Positions 19,869 to 30,707 of a stretch of DNA of 64,000 nt are shown here, in pieces. Positions within the stretch are counted from its first letter, which is position 1; every line of letters starts with the position of its first letter. A program made the translations under genes and the position numbers. The stretch is from NCBI GenBank assembly GCA_902569095.1, contig CACFSX010000001.1, forward strand, positions 9,575 to 73,574, in the 5' to 3' direction. This stretch comes from an uncultured Alphaproteobacteria bacterium (GTDB taxonomy: Bacteria > Pseudomonadota > Alphaproteobacteria > Methylaequorales > Methylaequoraceae). The notes beneath the pieces were generated by a model. That model was not told the DNA's origin and ran no database searches. It saw nothing but the letters and a program-made list of their open reading frames with translations.

Positions 19869-20465
19869 ATGTCAGTTTCACTAAGATTATCAAGAGGTGG
19901 TTCAAAAAAAAGACCCTACTACAGAATTGTTGCTGCAGATATAAGATCGCCGAGAGACGGAAGATATCTTGAAAGACTAGGAACATACAACCCAATGAAA
20001 CAAAAGAACGATCCTGAAAGAATAAATTTAAATATTGAAAGAATAAAATATTGGCTTTCTGTGGGTGCTAAACCTACAGATAGGGTAACAAAGTTTTTAG
20101 CCAACGAAGGATTGGCAAAAAAACCTTCGATTCCGAAACAAACCAAACAAGACAAACCAAAAAAGAAAACACTTGAAAAATTAAAGGCAAAAGAAGAAAA
20201 ACTTAAATCAAAACAAGAAGTAAAAAATGCAGTTGAGGAAACTTCAGTTTCAAAAGACGAGGTTGCAGCACAATCCGCTGATCCACAACCAAGTGCTCCT
20301 GAAGAAAAAAAACCAGAAGCAACAGCACAACCCGCTGATCCACAACCAAGTGCTCCTGAAGAAAAAAAATCAGAAGCAACAGCACACCCCGCTGATCCAC
20401 AACCAAATACTTCTGAAGAAATAAAAACAGAAAATGCCGGAGACAAACCTAATGAACCAAAATAG
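19869..20465 (+). CDS. rpsP: 30S ribosomal protein S16 with a long repeat-containing C-terminal extension
   Basis: 198 aa. N-terminal [42 protein letters not shown] is canonical S16. An SD-like AAAGGA lies upstream. The C-terminal roughly 110 aa are K/E/P/A-rich with 19-aa repeats. Confidence 0.92.
   Translation: MSVSLRLSRGGSKKRPYYRIVAADIRSPRDGRYLERLGTYNPMKQKNDPERINLNIERIKYWLSVGAKPTDRVTKFLANEGLAKKPSIPKQTKQDKPKKKTLEKLKAKEEKLKSKQEVKNAVEETSVSKDEVAAQSADPQPSAPEEKKPEATAQPADPQPSAPEEKKSEATAHPADPQPNTSEEIKTENAGDKPNEPK
20268..20438. repeat. Tandem repeat, 57-bp unit x 3 (third copy degenerate), inside rpsP
   Basis: Units start at 20268, 20325 and 20382. Units 1 and 2 differ at 2 of 57 positions. They encode [19 protein letters not shown] / [19 protein letters not shown] / [19 protein letters not shown]. 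Confidence 0.9.
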
Positions 20466-20525
20466 CTATTAAATGTTAAGTTTAATTTTAGTTATTAATT
20501 AAAATAGAATCTAGGAACACAAGTC

Positions 20526-21020
20526 ATCACATTAAAGTCAAAAATAATTATTGCAAGATTTGGTAAAACTTATGGAATTAACGGTGCAATAATCATTCAT
20601 AGTTACCTAACAGTGAAAAAAGATATTTTTAATTATAAAAATTTTTATGTTGATGGAAAAGAAAAAATTATTGCTAGTTTTGTAGTTAAATCAAATAAGA
20701 TTTTATGTAAAATTAATTCTGTCAGTAATCCTGAAGAGGCTAAAAAATACTCCGGAAGAATGATTTTTATAGATAGAACTGAATTACCAAAACTTGATAA
20801 AAAAAAATTTTATTACAACGATCTAATTCATATGAAAGCATATATTAAAAAAAAACAGATAGGTGTTGTTATGAATGTTAAAAATCATGGAGCTGGTGAC
20901 TATTTAGAAATATTAGATAAAAAAAAAGAAATATTAGTACCCTTCAACGATGATCATGTTGAAGAAATTGATATTAAAAAAAAAGTACTTTTTCTTAATC
21001 CGTCTTATTATGAAATTTAA
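20526..21020 (+). CDS. rimM: 16S rRNA processing protein RimM (start codon uncertain; first canonical start is GTG at 20613)
   Basis: The ORF track begins at GTG 20613 (135 aa), but the frame is open from 20508. The upstream in-frame residues KSKIIIARFGKTYGINGAIIIHSYL match the conserved RimM N-terminus (compare E. coli [20 protein letters not shown]). The C-terminal PRC-barrel part (FYYNDLIHMKAY...GAGDYLEI...LVPF) is also present. Confidence 0.85.
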   Translation: MTLKSKIIIARFGKTYGINGAIIIHSYLTVKKDIFNYKNFYVDGKEKIIASFVVKSNKILCKINSVSNPEEAKKYSGRMIFIDRTELPKLDKKKFYYNDLIHMKAYIKKKQIGVVMNVKNHGAGDYLEILDKKKEILVPFNDDHVEEIDIKKKVLFLNPSYYEI

Positions 21021-21717
21021 GATTCTTACTTTATTTCCTGAAATATTTCCTGGGCCCTTAGCTCACTCGATTTCAGGAAAAGCATTATCAAAAAAGTTAT
21101 TTGAGATAGAAGTAACAAATATCAGAGATTTTTCAGATAATAAATCAAATTCTGTAGACGAAAAACCCTTCGGTGGAGGCGCAGGAATGATAATCAAACC
21201 TGATGTTATGCAAAATGCTTTGGATTATGCAACAAAAGATAATATTAAAAATAAAAAAATTATATTTTTATCTCCAGGAGGTAAAACAATAAACACTGAC
21301 GTAGTCAATAAATTAGTTACGTTTGATGAATTAGTTATTATATGCGGAAGATATGAAGGAATTGATGAGAGATTTTTAAAATATAATGCCATAGAAGAAT
21401 ATTCAATCGGTGATTTTATTCTTTCTGGCGGAGAAATTGCCTCAATTATTTTAATTGATACTTGCGTAAGATTAATTCCTGAAGTATTAGGTAATAAAAA
21501 TAGTTTGAAATTTGAAAGTTTTCAAAACCATTTATTGGAATATCCTCAGTATACCAAACCAAGCAATTGGAAAGGTATCAATGTTCCAGATGTTCTTCTT
21601 AGTGGAAACCATAAAAAAATTTCAGATTGGAGGTTGATAAAATCAATCGAAAAAACTAAAAAGGTGAGACCAGATTTGTACAAGCTATACTGTAAGAAGA
21701 ATAAGGGGGAAAAATGA
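21010..21717 (+). CDS. trmD: tRNA (guanine37-N1)-methyltransferase TrmD
   Basis: The conserved N-terminus [17 protein letters not shown] starts at the Met at 21010 (the ORF track extends to 20950 inside rimM). Also [21 protein letters not shown] and an HKKISDWR-type C-terminus. Confidence 0.95.
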   Translation: MKFKILTLFPEIFPGPLAHSISGKALSKKLFEIEVTNIRDFSDNKSNSVDEKPFGGGAGMIIKPDVMQNALDYATKDNIKNKKIIFLSPGGKTINTDVVNKLVTFDELVIICGRYEGIDERFLKYNAIEEYSIGDFILSGGEIASIILIDTCVRLIPEVLGNKNSLKFESFQNHLLEYPQYTKPSNWKGINVPDVLLSGNHKKISDWRLIKSIEKTKKVRPDLYKLYCKKNKGEK

Positions 21718-22232
21718 ACACACTTGAAAAATTTGAAAAAGGACACTTAAAAGAATTACAATCAGACAATAAATTGCCCAAATTTAGCTCTGGTGATACA
21801 ATTAAAGTTCACTTGAAGGTGAAAGAGGGCGAAAAGGAAAGAATTCAAGTTTTCGAGGGTGTTTGTATTTCCAAGAAAAATGCGGGTCTAAATTCTTCAT
21901 TCACGGTAAGGAAAATATCTTATGGTGAAGGTATTGAGAGAATACTTCCTCTATTTTCCCCCCAAATAAATAAAATTGAAGTAGTTAAGGTTGGTAGTGT
22001 AAGAAGGTCAAAACTTTACTATCTTAGAAAAAGAAGTGGCAAATCTGCTAGGATAGCTGAAAAAAACATTGCAACTAAAATTAATGAAGAATTAGAAAAA
22101 AAAAATAATATTTCTGATAAACAACAATCCAACTTAAATAAAGTACCAGATGATAATAAGGCAACTAAGGATATTGTTAATGAAGCCAATATTTCTGTAG
22201 AAGTAAAAGAAAAAGTTGATGAAAAAAAATAA
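21714..22232 (+). CDS. rplS: 50S ribosomal protein L19 with a C-terminal K/E/N-rich extension
   Basis: 172 aa. The L19 core ([60 protein letters not shown]...YYLR) is followed by roughly 55 extra residues. ATGA overlap with trmD. Confidence 0.95.
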   Translation: MNTLEKFEKGHLKELQSDNKLPKFSSGDTIKVHLKVKEGEKERIQVFEGVCISKKNAGLNSSFTVRKISYGEGIERILPLFSPQINKIEVVKVGSVRRSKLYYLRKRSGKSARIAEKNIATKINEELEKKNNISDKQQSNLNKVPDDNKATKDIVNEANISVEVKEKVDEKK

Positions 22233-22269
22233 TACTTTTTAGACTTTTTATGGGTTATATATTTATTAT

Positions 22270-23664
22270 ATGAAACCTAAAACTTTATTTGATAAAATTT
22301 GGGACAGTCATTTAGTTGAAAAACAAGATGACGGAACATGTCTCATTTACATTGACAGACATCTTGTTCATGAAGTGACTAGCCCGCAAGCCTTCGAGGG
22401 ATTAAGAAACACTGGTAGAGTTGTTAGAAAGCCAAGCCATACATTTGCTGTTGCTGATCATAATGTACCTACAAGTGATAGGTCCAACGGTATAAAGAAC
22501 AAAGAAAGTAGAATTCAAGTCGAAACGTTAGAAAAAAACTGCCAAGAATTCAAGGTTAACTTTTTTCCTTTAATGGATAAGCGACAAGGAATTGTTCATA
22601 TAGTTGGTCCCGAACAAGGAATAACGCAACCTGGCATGACTATTGTTTGTGGTGATAGTCATACCGCAACGCATGGGGCATTTGGGGCTCTAGCTTTCGG
22701 TATTGGAACAAGCGAAGTTGAACACGTTCTAGCAACTCAAACATTGATCCAAAAACCGGCAAAAAATATGCGAATTAGCGTTACCGGCAATGTGAGTCCC
22801 AGCATTACTTCAAAGGACATCATTTTGAAAATAATTGGAGAAATTGGTACTGCTGGCGGGACTGGTTATGTAATTGAATACTCTGGTGAAGCCATTTCAA
22901 GACTTACAATGGAAGGCAGAATGACCATTTGTAATATGAGCATTGAGGCTGGTGCAAGAGCTGGTCTAATTGCTCCGGATGAGAAAACATTTAGATATAT
23001 AAAGGGTAGACCATTCGCTCCTACAGCAGAAAACTGGAATAAAGCAATCAAATATTGGAAAAGTCTCACATCAGAACCGGATGCAATGTATGACAAGGAA
23101 GTAAAAATTAAAGCAAGTTCCATAGAACCTCAAGTTACTTGGGGAACTAGTCCACAAGACGTTGTTTCGATAAATGGCAAAACTCCTGACCCAAAAAAAA
23201 TTTCAGATTCCAAAAAAAGAGGCGCTGTGCAAAGATCGCTAGATTACATGGGGTTAAGCCCTAATCAAAAGATTAAAGACATTGAAATTGACAGAGTGTT
23301 TATAGGGTCATGTACCAATGGAAGAATTGAGGATCTAAGAGAAGTTGCTAAAGTTGTTGAAGGTAAAAAAGTAATTGTTAACTCAATGATTGTTCCCGGC
23401 TCTGGACTTGTTAAACAACAAGCAGAACAAGAAGGTATCGATAAAATCCTTATAGATGCTGGCTTTGACTGGAGGGAACCAGGATGCTCGATGTGTCTTG
23501 CTATGAATCCCGATCAACTTAAACCAAAAGAAAGATGTGCTTCAACATCAAATAGAAATTTTGAAGGAAGGCAAGGTAGAGAGGGCAGAACTCATCTTGT
23601 TAGTCCGGCTGTAGCGGCTGCCACGGCACTCAAGGGTAAGTTGAGCTTGGTAGAAGATATATAA
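22270..23664 (+). CDS. leuC: 3-isopropylmalate dehydratase large subunit
   Basis: 464 aa. Aconitase-family motifs VCGDSHT, GSCTNGR and GCSMCLAMN. Confidence 0.96.
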   Translation: MKPKTLFDKIWDSHLVEKQDDGTCLIYIDRHLVHEVTSPQAFEGLRNTGRVVRKPSHTFAVADHNVPTSDRSNGIKNKESRIQVETLEKNCQEFKVNFFPLMDKRQGIVHIVGPEQGITQPGMTIVCGDSHTATHGAFGALAFGIGTSEVEHVLATQTLIQKPAKNMRISVTGNVSPSITSKDIILKIIGEIGTAGGTGYVIEYSGEAISRLTMEGRMTICNMSIEAGARAGLIAPDEKTFRYIKGRPFAPTAENWNKAIKYWKSLTSEPDAMYDKEVKIKASSIEPQVTWGTSPQDVVSINGKTPDPKKISDSKKRGAVQRSLDYMGLSPNQKIKDIEIDRVFIGSCTNGRIEDLREVAKVVEGKKVIVNSMIVPGSGLVKQQAEQEGIDKILIDAGFDWREPGCSMCLAMNPDQLKPKERCASTSNRNFEGRQGREGRTHLVSPAVAAATALKGKLSLVEDI

Positions 23665-24270
23665 GTGAAGAAATTTAATAAAATAAAGGCAATCGCAGCC
23701 CCACTTCCAATGATTAATGTTGATACAGATATGATTATTCCAAAACAGTTTCTCAAAACTATTAAAAGATCAGGTTTAGGTAAAAATCTATTTCATGAAC
23801 TCAGGTATGACATTAATGGCAACTTAAAAAATGATTTTGTGCTTAATTGGGAGTTTTATAAAAATGCTAAAATACTAATTACTGGAGATAATTTTGGTTG
23901 TGGGAGTAGCAGAGAACACGCACCTTGGTCATTATTAGATTTTGGTTTTAGATGCATAATAGCCCCTAGTTTCGCAGATATTTTTTTTAATAATTGCTTT
24001 AAAAATGGAATTTTGCCTATAAAAGTAAATAATTCTGAAAATGATATTTTAATTAAACAAGCAGAGAATAAAAATTTAATCACCGTTGATTTGCCAAAAC
24101 AAGTAATTTCGTGTGGGAGCGAAATCAACATCAATTTTGATATAGATCCTTTTAGAAAAAAATGTCTTTTAGAGGGTTTAGACGACATTGCTCTTACTTT
24201 AAAAAAATCTGAGAAAATTGATGATTATGAACTGAAACTCAACAAATCCAGATCATGGTTAATGATTTGA
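23665..24270 (+). CDS. leuD: 3-isopropylmalate dehydratase small subunit
   Basis: 201 aa. GTG start directly after the leuC stop. [15 protein letters not shown] motif. Confidence 0.95.
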   Translation: MKKFNKIKAIAAPLPMINVDTDMIIPKQFLKTIKRSGLGKNLFHELRYDINGNLKNDFVLNWEFYKNAKILITGDNFGCGSSREHAPWSLLDFGFRCIIAPSFADIFFNNCFKNGILPIKVNNSENDILIKQAENKNLITVDLPKQVISCGSEININFDIDPFRKKCLLEGLDDIALTLKKSEKIDDYELKLNKSRSWLMI

Positions 24271-24293
24271 TCTTAAAATAATTCTTAAATAAA

Positions 24294-25394
24294 ATGCGAA
24301 CGGAATCTTATAATATTTCTATTCTTCCAGGAGATGGAATCGGAGAGGAAATTGCAAAAGAAGCAAGAAAACTTATTGATTGGATTTCTAGCAACGCAAC
24401 TTTTGATATAAATTTAGTTGAAGAATATGTTGGTGGTGCATCAATTGATAAATACGGAACTCCTTTGTCAGATGAAACATTAAAAAGTATTAAACAATCT
24501 GATGCTATTTTATTGGGAGCAGTTGGAGGACCAAAATGGGAAAAAATGGATTTTGAAAAAAGACCCGAAAGAGGTCTTCTGAAAATCAGAAAAGAATTAG
24601 ATTTATTTGCAAATTATAGGCCTGCAATTGTATTTGACCCTCTCATTGATTCATCGAGTTTAAAACCAGAAGTAATTAAAGATTTAGACATTTTGATTAT
24701 AAGAGAATTGACAAGCGGCATATATTTTGGAGAACCAAGAGGAATTGAAAAGATTGATGATACAAACTACAAGGGATATAATACTCTTGTATACACGAGT
24801 AAAGAAATTGAGCGAATAGCAGAGGTAGCTTTTGAAACAGCCATGTCTAGATCAAAAAAATTATGTTCTGTCGATAAAGCAAATGTTCTGGAATCAACTG
24901 AATTATGGAGGGAAGTGATGATAGAAACTTCCAAAAAATATCCCGAAGTTGAACTTTCGCATATGTACGTAGATAATGCTTCAATGCAGTTAGTAAGAAA
25001 TCCAAAACAATTTGATGTAATTGTTACGACTAACATGTTTGGGGACATACTTTCAGATTGCGCGTCAATGCTTACAGGATCTCTTGGCATGTTGCCGTCA
25101 GCTTCGATTGGTATCAATTCGAAGGGCCAAAAAAAAGCAATGTATGAGCCAGTTCACGGCTCGGCACCCGACATTTCGGGGCAAGGCGTATCTAATCCTT
25201 TGGCAATGATTTTAAGTGTTGGGATGATGTTTGAATACTCATTGGATAAAAAATTCATTGCAGAAAAAATTAATGATGCAGTTAGATCAGTTTTAGAAAA
25301 AGGATTTCGAACAAAAGATATATACAGTGAAAATAAGATTCTTTTATCAACCAACGAAATGGGAGATAAAGTCTTGGAGGAAATGAAAGAATGA
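24294..25394 (+). CDS. leuB: 3-isopropylmalate dehydrogenase
   Basis: 366 aa. [12 protein letters not shown]-terminus, the MFGDILSD motif and the GSAPDI motif. Confidence 0.96.
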   Translation: MRTESYNISILPGDGIGEEIAKEARKLIDWISSNATFDINLVEEYVGGASIDKYGTPLSDETLKSIKQSDAILLGAVGGPKWEKMDFEKRPERGLLKIRKELDLFANYRPAIVFDPLIDSSSLKPEVIKDLDILIIRELTSGIYFGEPRGIEKIDDTNYKGYNTLVYTSKEIERIAEVAFETAMSRSKKLCSVDKANVLESTELWREVMIETSKKYPEVELSHMYVDNASMQLVRNPKQFDVIVTTNMFGDILSDCASMLTGSLGMLPSASIGINSKGQKKAMYEPVHGSAPDISGQGVSNPLAMILSVGMMFEYSLDKKFIAEKINDAVRSVLEKGFRTKDIYSENKILLSTNEMGDKVLEEMKE

Positions 25395-26404
25395 AAAAAT
25401 ATAATGTTGCAGTTGTCGGTGCAACTGGAAATGTTGGGAGAGAAATACTCAATATTCTAGACGATAGAAATTTCCCCATTAATAAAATCTATGCAGTTGC
25501 GTCCTCAAAATCTGAGGGATTAAAGATACCTTATGGAAATGGAAAAGAGTTAGAGGTACAGTCACTCGACGCATTTAAATTTAAAGAAACAGAATTAGTT
25601 TTGTCGTCACCTGGTTCCAAAATTTCAGCAAAGTTTGTGCCTAAAGCAACCAAAGATGGTGCTATTGTTATCGACAATACTTCTCATTTTAGAATGAAAA
25701 AAGGAATCCCCCTAATTGTTCCTGAAGTAAATCCAAAGGATATATGTGACTTAAAAAAAAAAATTGTTTCCAACCCAAATTGCTCAACAATTCAGATGGT
25801 TATGGCACTAAAGCCAATACATGATCTTTTTAAAATAAAAAAAATTATAGTTGCGACTTACCAGTCAACCTCGGGAGCAGGAAAATCTGCAATGGATGAA
25901 CTTTTTCACCAAACTCTTGATGTGTACAAAAATAAACCACTTGTTGCCAAAAATTTTACAAAAAAAATCGCATTTAATTTAATTCCACATATCGACGAAT
26001 TTTTAGATGACGGTTCAACAAAGGAAGAAAAAAAAATGATAGAAGAAACTCAAAAAATTTTTAAAGATAAATTTGAGATTTTCGCAACTTGTGTCAGAGT
26101 TCCAGTTTTCGTTGGTCACGGTGAAGCTATTTATTTAGAAACAGAAAAAACGATTGATCTAAAAAAACTTATATCTAATATAAAAAAGTTTCCTGGTTTA
26201 TCTCTAGTTGATAAAAAAATAGATGGAGGATACGTAACTCCTGACGAATCAGCCGGAGAAGATGACGTGTTTATTAGTAGATTAAGATTAGGAGCGAATA
26301 AAAAAACAATTGGCTTATGGGTTGTTGCAGATAATTTAAGGAAAGGTGCTGCTTTAAACACAGTTCAAATTGCGGAGTTAATTATTAAAAATAAAATTAA
26401 ATAG
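25391..26404 (+). CDS. asd: Aspartate-semialdehyde dehydrogenase
   Basis: 337 aa. [11 protein letters not shown] Rossmann motif and active-site [12 protein letters not shown] overlap with leuB. Confidence 0.95.
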   Translation: MKKYNVAVVGATGNVGREILNILDDRNFPINKIYAVASSKSEGLKIPYGNGKELEVQSLDAFKFKETELVLSSPGSKISAKFVPKATKDGAIVIDNTSHFRMKKGIPLIVPEVNPKDICDLKKKIVSNPNCSTIQMVMALKPIHDLFKIKKIIVATYQSTSGAGKSAMDELFHQTLDVYKNKPLVAKNFTKKIAFNLIPHIDEFLDDGSTKEEKKMIEETQKIFKDKFEIFATCVRVPVFVGHGEAIYLETEKTIDLKKLISNIKKFPGLSLVDKKIDGGYVTPDESAGEDDVFISRLRLGANKKTIGLWVVADNLRKGAALNTVQIAELIIKNKIK

Positions 26405-26406
26405 AA

Positions 26407-27447
26407 ATGGTAAAAAACTTTAAAAGTAGATATTTCGAAGATTATAAATTGAATGAAGAAATTAATCATAGTGTTCCACGAACTATTACCGATGGTGATG
26501 TTGCAATATATCTTAGTACAACGGGTAGCAGATTTCCGTTAAATTATTCAGCTGAATTTTCAAAAACCTTAGGACTGAAAAAAATCCCAATAGATGATAT
26601 TTTATTGTTTCATATGGTTTTTGGAAGAACAGTCCCTGATTTATCTCTGAATGCGATAGCAAATTTAGGTTACGCTGGCGTTAAATTTCATAAACCTGCG
26701 TTTGTAGGGGACACTTTAAATGCAAGCTCCAAAATTATTGGATTAAAAGAAAACTCAAATGGAAAAACTGGAACTGTTTATGTAGAATCAGTAGGTAAAA
26801 ATCAAAATGATGAAATTGTTTTAACTTATTACAGATGGCTTATGATGAGGAAAAGAAATGAAGGTATGATAAAATCATTCCAAAATACTATTCCTGATCT
26901 ACCAGATAAAGTTAAAACTAAAGATTTTAATCTCATTGAAAATTTTGACATTGATAAATGGTCATCTTCAGTGTCTGGAAGCAGTTTTTATTTTAATGAT
27001 TATGCTGAGGAAGAAGAAATACATCATTTGGATGGTCAGACAATTGAGGATGCAGAACATCAGATAGCTACTCGTCTTTATCAAAATAATGCCAGAGTTC
27101 ATTTCAATCAGCATATTGAAAAATCTGGAAGATTTGGAAAGAGAATAATATATGGTGGTTATATAATATCTCTTGCAAGAGCGATCAGTTGTAATGGTCT
27201 TGCCAATACTTTTAAGCTGGCAGCAATTCATTCAGGAAAGCATTCCGCTCCAACCTTTGCTGGTGATACCATATACGCTTGGTCAAAGATTTTGGAGAAA
27301 GAAATTATCAATAAAAATGTTGGTGCGATGATGATCCGAACTTTAGCTTCGAAAAACGATTCAAAAATGAATTTTCCAGACAAAAAAAATCTTACTGATA
27401 ATATAGTCCTTGACTTAGAATATTCTGTTTTAATACCTATAAAATGA
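26407..27447 (+). CDS. MaoC-family dehydratase with double hot-dog fold (mesaconyl-/itaconyl-CoA hydratase-like; substrate unknown)
   Basis: 346 aa, about twice the size of a single hot-dog hydratase. Degenerate hydratase-like segments occur in both halves (ITDGDVAIYLSTTG..., LYQNNARVHFNQH). It sits 2 nt after asd and overlaps sdhC by ATGA. Confidence 0.6.
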   Translation: MVKNFKSRYFEDYKLNEEINHSVPRTITDGDVAIYLSTTGSRFPLNYSAEFSKTLGLKKIPIDDILLFHMVFGRTVPDLSLNAIANLGYAGVKFHKPAFVGDTLNASSKIIGLKENSNGKTGTVYVESVGKNQNDEIVLTYYRWLMMRKRNEGMIKSFQNTIPDLPDKVKTKDFNLIENFDIDKWSSSVSGSSFYFNDYAEEEEIHHLDGQTIEDAEHQIATRLYQNNARVHFNQHIEKSGRFGKRIIYGGYIISLARAISCNGLANTFKLAAIHSGKHSAPTFAGDTIYAWSKILEKEIINKNVGAMMIRTLASKNDSKMNFPDKKNLTDNIVLDLEYSVLIPIK

Positions 27448-27827
27448 AAAAACAAGACCTCCCTCTTTCACCTCATCTGCAAATTTACAAACCCCAAATT
27501 ACGTCTGTGCTCTCAATTTCTCACAGAATTTCTGGTGTAGCACTAAACGTTGTGTTGGTAATTTTAGTACTTGGTCTCTTCTGTATTACTTTGGGAGAGA
27601 GTTACTTTGAGTTATTAATTTCTTTAATTAATTCTTTTCCGATAAAAATTATAATATTTTTTTCTATTCTAGGTTTTTCATACCATTTTTTAAATGGTAT
27701 TCGTCATATGATTTGGGACTTTGGTTTTCTTCTTGGAAATAGATCTTCAGCAATTTTTGGATATATTATTATCGCGACTTCCTTCATTTCAAGTATTTTT
27801 ATCTCTAAGTTATTGGGGCTGTTTTGA
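27444..27827 (+). CDS. sdhC: Succinate dehydrogenase cytochrome b556 subunit
   Basis: 127 aa. PLSPHLQIYKPQITSVLSISHRISG N-terminus, three TM helices and an HxxNGIRH heme-ligand context. Confidence 0.93.
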   Translation: MKKQDLPLSPHLQIYKPQITSVLSISHRISGVALNVVLVILVLGLFCITLGESYFELLISLINSFPIKIIIFFSILGFSYHFLNGIRHMIWDFGFLLGNRSSAIFGYIIIATSFISSIFISKLLGLF

Positions 27828-28159
27828 TTAATTTTACTTACACATCAAAATGGTTATTTCAAAAAATTTTTGCAATTTTGTTTTTAATTGCATCCTTTTA
27901 TACAGTATATTCTTTATATGGCCTTGAGCTTCAAAATTATGACGTGATTACAGGATGGTTCAAAAACTATTTGAATTCATTTTCGGTTTTAGTAATGCTT
28001 TCTGCAATAATATTGCATTCAAATATTGGGCTTTCGTCAATAATAGATGATTATATTCATGAGGAATCCTTAAAACAAAAAATAATTTTAATTAAAAACT
28101 TTTTCTTTGTAGTTCTTTTTTTTATAACAATATTTAGTTTAGTAAAGTTGAATTTATGA
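27824..28159 (+). CDS. sdhD: Succinate dehydrogenase hydrophobic membrane anchor subunit
   Basis: 111 aa, three TM helices, a His ligand (ILHSNIGL) and IIDDYI. TTG start overlapping the sdhC stop. Its position between sdhC and sdhA supports the call. Confidence 0.88.
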   Translation: MINFTYTSKWLFQKIFAILFLIASFYTVYSLYGLELQNYDVITGWFKNYLNSFSVLVMLSAIILHSNIGLSSIIDDYIHEESLKQKIILIKNFFFVVLFFITIFSLVKLNL

Positions 28160-29937
28160 ATAATATTAAAACACATAATTTTGATGTTGTTGTAGTCGGA
28201 GCAGGCGGCTCTGGACTAAGAGCAGTTATGGGTTGTGCGTCTTATGGATTGAAAACTGCTTGTGTATCAAAAGTTTTTCCAACAAGAAGTCATACAGTTG
28301 CCGCTCAGGGAGGAATAAGTGCTGCACTTGGTAATATGGGAGAGGATGACTGGAAATGGCATATGTATGATACTGTCAAAGGTTCGGACTGGCTTGGTGA
28401 TCAAGATGCAATTGCTTTTATGTGTAAAGAAGCACCAGAGGCTGTGATTGAACTTGAACACTTTGGTGTCCCATTTTCCAGAACAGAAAAGGGAAAAATC
28501 TATCAAAGGCCATTTGGTGGTATGACAACTCATTTTGGAGAGGGTATTGCCCAGAGAACATGTGCAGCTGCAGATAGAACGGGTCATGCAATGCTTCATA
28601 CTTTATATCAACAATCCCTTTCAAATAATGCCGATTTTTTTATAGAATATTTTGCAGTAGATCTAATTATGAACGAAAAAAATGAATGCTGTGGGGTGCT
28701 CACTTTTAATTTGCATGATGGAGAGTTTTATATTTTTTCAGCTAAAATGGTAATTTTAGCAACCGGTGGCTATGGAAGAGCTTATTTTTCATGTACCTCA
28801 GCTCACACCTGCACTGGAGACGGAGGTGGGATGGTTCTAAGGGCAGGCTTGCCTCTTCAAGATATGGAATTTACACAATTTCACCCAACAGGAATATATG
28901 GCGTTGGTGTTTTGATAACAGAGGGTGCTAGAGGAGAAGGGGGGTATTTGACAAATAGTGCTGGAGAGAGGTTTATGGAAAGATATGCTCCAAATGCTAA
29001 AGATCTAGCCAGTAGAGATGTTGTATCTCGATCTATGACAACAGAAATAATGGAAGGAAGAGGTTGTGGTCCTAGAAAAGACCATATTCATCTAAATTTA
29101 CATCATCTCGACCCTAAGGTCCTTCAAGAAAAGCTCCCCGGAATTACAGAATCAGCAAAAATTTTTGCCGGCGTAGATGTACGAAAGAAACCAATTCCTG
29201 TTCAACCTACAGTACATTATAATATGGGAGGAATTCCAACCAATATTCATGGAGAAGTGCTAAATTTGGATTCCAAAGATAACGAAGTAGTTGTGCCTGG
29301 GTTGATGTCTATTGGAGAAGCCGCATGTGTGTCAGTCCACGGAGCTAATAGATTAGGATCTAACTCTCTACTGGATTTAGTTGTGTTCGGAAAGTCGGCA
29401 GCCAACAGATGCAATACCATAATTGATAGGAAAAAGAAAAATCCTGAAATCAAAGAGCATACAGTTAATAAATTAATAGAAAACTTCGAAAATATTAGGA
29501 ATTCTAATGGAAGAAAGAGTGTTGCTTCTATAAGACTTGAAATGCAACATACTATGCAAAACTTTTGTCCTGTATACAGGTCTGAAAAAAAAATGCTAGA
29601 AGGCAGAAATAAACTATTATCACTTCTTAATGATTTTAGAAATATAAAAATAAATGATCGAAGCTTAATATGGAATACTGAGGTGATAGAAGCCCTTGAA
29701 TTAAAAAACTTATTATCTCAAGCAATTGTAAGTGTAGACAGTGCTTTAAATAGAAAGGAAAGTAGAGGGGCCCACTCAAGAATAGATTATTCTGAAAGAG
29801 ACGACAAAAAATGGCTTAAACACTCTCTAATTTGGGCTAATAAAGACGGAAAAACAGAGACTAGATTTAGAAAGGTTAATCTTCAGACTAACTCTAAAGA
29901 AATAAAAACTATTGAACCAAAAGCAAGAGTTTACTAA
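28156..29937 (+). CDS. sdhA: Succinate dehydrogenase flavoprotein subunit
   Basis: 593 aa. [14 protein letters not shown] motif, the [10 protein letters not shown] covalent-FAD His context, and the HPTG and HGANRLG motifs. Confidence 0.97.
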   Translation: MNNIKTHNFDVVVVGAGGSGLRAVMGCASYGLKTACVSKVFPTRSHTVAAQGGISAALGNMGEDDWKWHMYDTVKGSDWLGDQDAIAFMCKEAPEAVIELEHFGVPFSRTEKGKIYQRPFGGMTTHFGEGIAQRTCAAADRTGHAMLHTLYQQSLSNNADFFIEYFAVDLIMNEKNECCGVLTFNLHDGEFYIFSAKMVILATGGYGRAYFSCTSAHTCTGDGGGMVLRAGLPLQDMEFTQFHPTGIYGVGVLITEGARGEGGYLTNSAGERFMERYAPNAKDLASRDVVSRSMTTEIMEGRGCGPRKDHIHLNLHHLDPKVLQEKLPGITESAKIFAGVDVRKKPIPVQPTVHYNMGGIPTNIHGEVLNLDSKDNEVVVPGLMSIGEAACVSVHGANRLGSNSLLDLVVFGKSAANRCNTIIDRKKKNPEIKEHTVNKLIENFENIRNSNGRKSVASIRLEMQHTMQNFCPVYRSEKKMLEGRNKLLSLLNDFRNIKINDRSLIWNTEVIEALELKNLLSQAIVSVDSALNRKESRGAHSRIDYSERDDKKWLKHSLIWANKDGKTETRFRKVNLQTNSKEIKTIEPKARVY

Positions 29938-29946
29938 TTTATAAAT

Positions 29947-30705
29947 ATGGTACAATTATCATTACCTCAACACTCCAAGGTTTCAGAAGGTAAAACTTTC
30001 GGAAAAGACGGAAAAAATAAAATCGTATTCAATGTTTATAGATGGAACAGAGAATCTGGCGAAAATCCAAAAATAGATAAATTTTTTATAGATAAATCAA
30101 ATTTAGGACCAATGGTTTTAGATGCTCTTATGTTTATAAAAAACAAGATAGATCCATCACTTACATTCAGGAGATCATGCAGGGAGGGTATCTGCGGATC
30201 ATGCTCAATGAACGTAAATGGCACAAATACTCTAGCCTGTTTGAAACCAATTATTGGTAAAGAAGTTAATATTTACCCTCTTCCACATATGAGAGTACTA
30301 AAAGACTTAATCCCAGACATGAGTGACTTTTATAAACAATATGAGTCTATCCAACCATGGCTTAAGAATAAAACAACTTCAAAAAAAGAAAATTTGCAAT
30401 CTCCCGAAGACCGAAAAAAACTTGATGGATTATATGAATGTGTACTCTGTGCTTGTTGCTCAACATCTTGTCCAAGCTACTGGTGGAATGGAGACAAATT
30501 TCTAGGTCCAGCTATACTGCTTCAAGCTTACAGATTTATTGTAGATAGTAGAGACAAAAATAAAAAACAAAGACTTAATGAACTTAAAGATAAATTTAAA
30601 CTTTATAGATGTCATACAATTATGAATTGTACAAAAACTTGTCCAAAAAATCTGAATCCTGCAAAAGCTATATCAGAAATAAAAAAGCTTCAAATTTCAT
30701 CATAA
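29947..30705 (+). CDS. sdhB: Succinate dehydrogenase iron-sulfur subunit
   Basis: 252 aa with three Cys clusters (CREGICGSC...C; [12 protein letters not shown]; [12 protein letters not shown]). Confidence 0.97.
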   Translation: MVQLSLPQHSKVSEGKTFGKDGKNKIVFNVYRWNRESGENPKIDKFFIDKSNLGPMVLDALMFIKNKIDPSLTFRRSCREGICGSCSMNVNGTNTLACLKPIIGKEVNIYPLPHMRVLKDLIPDMSDFYKQYESIQPWLKNKTTSKKENLQSPEDRKKLDGLYECVLCACCSTSCPSYWWNGDKFLGPAILLQAYRFIVDSRDKNKKQRLNELKDKFKLYRCHTIMNCTKTCPKNLNPAKAISEIKKLQISS

Positions 30706-30707
30706 TT

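Noticed and set aside
19919-20446. 175-aa minus-strand ORF, plus 65-67-aa ORFs in two other frames (20203-20406 and 20227-20424).
   Set aside because: All coincide with the GC-richer, stop-poor repeat tail of rpsP and inherit its repeat structure. The S16 frame is the only one continuous with a recognisable protein.
20950-21009. N-terminal extensions in the ORF track for trmD (20950), rlmH (to 50403) and rpmA (to 54949).
   Set aside because: In each case the well-conserved family N-terminus ([11 protein letters not shown]; MIINILSLGK; (M)AHKKAGGS) begins at an internal ATG or GTG. The extension lies inside the upstream gene.
30609-30707. The ATG-initiated version of zapE overlaps the last 97 nt of sdhB.
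   Set aside because: The overlapped part has no ZapE-like sequence and would be an unusually long same-strand overlap. An in-frame TTG 2 nt after the sdhB stop gives a normal-length ZapE.
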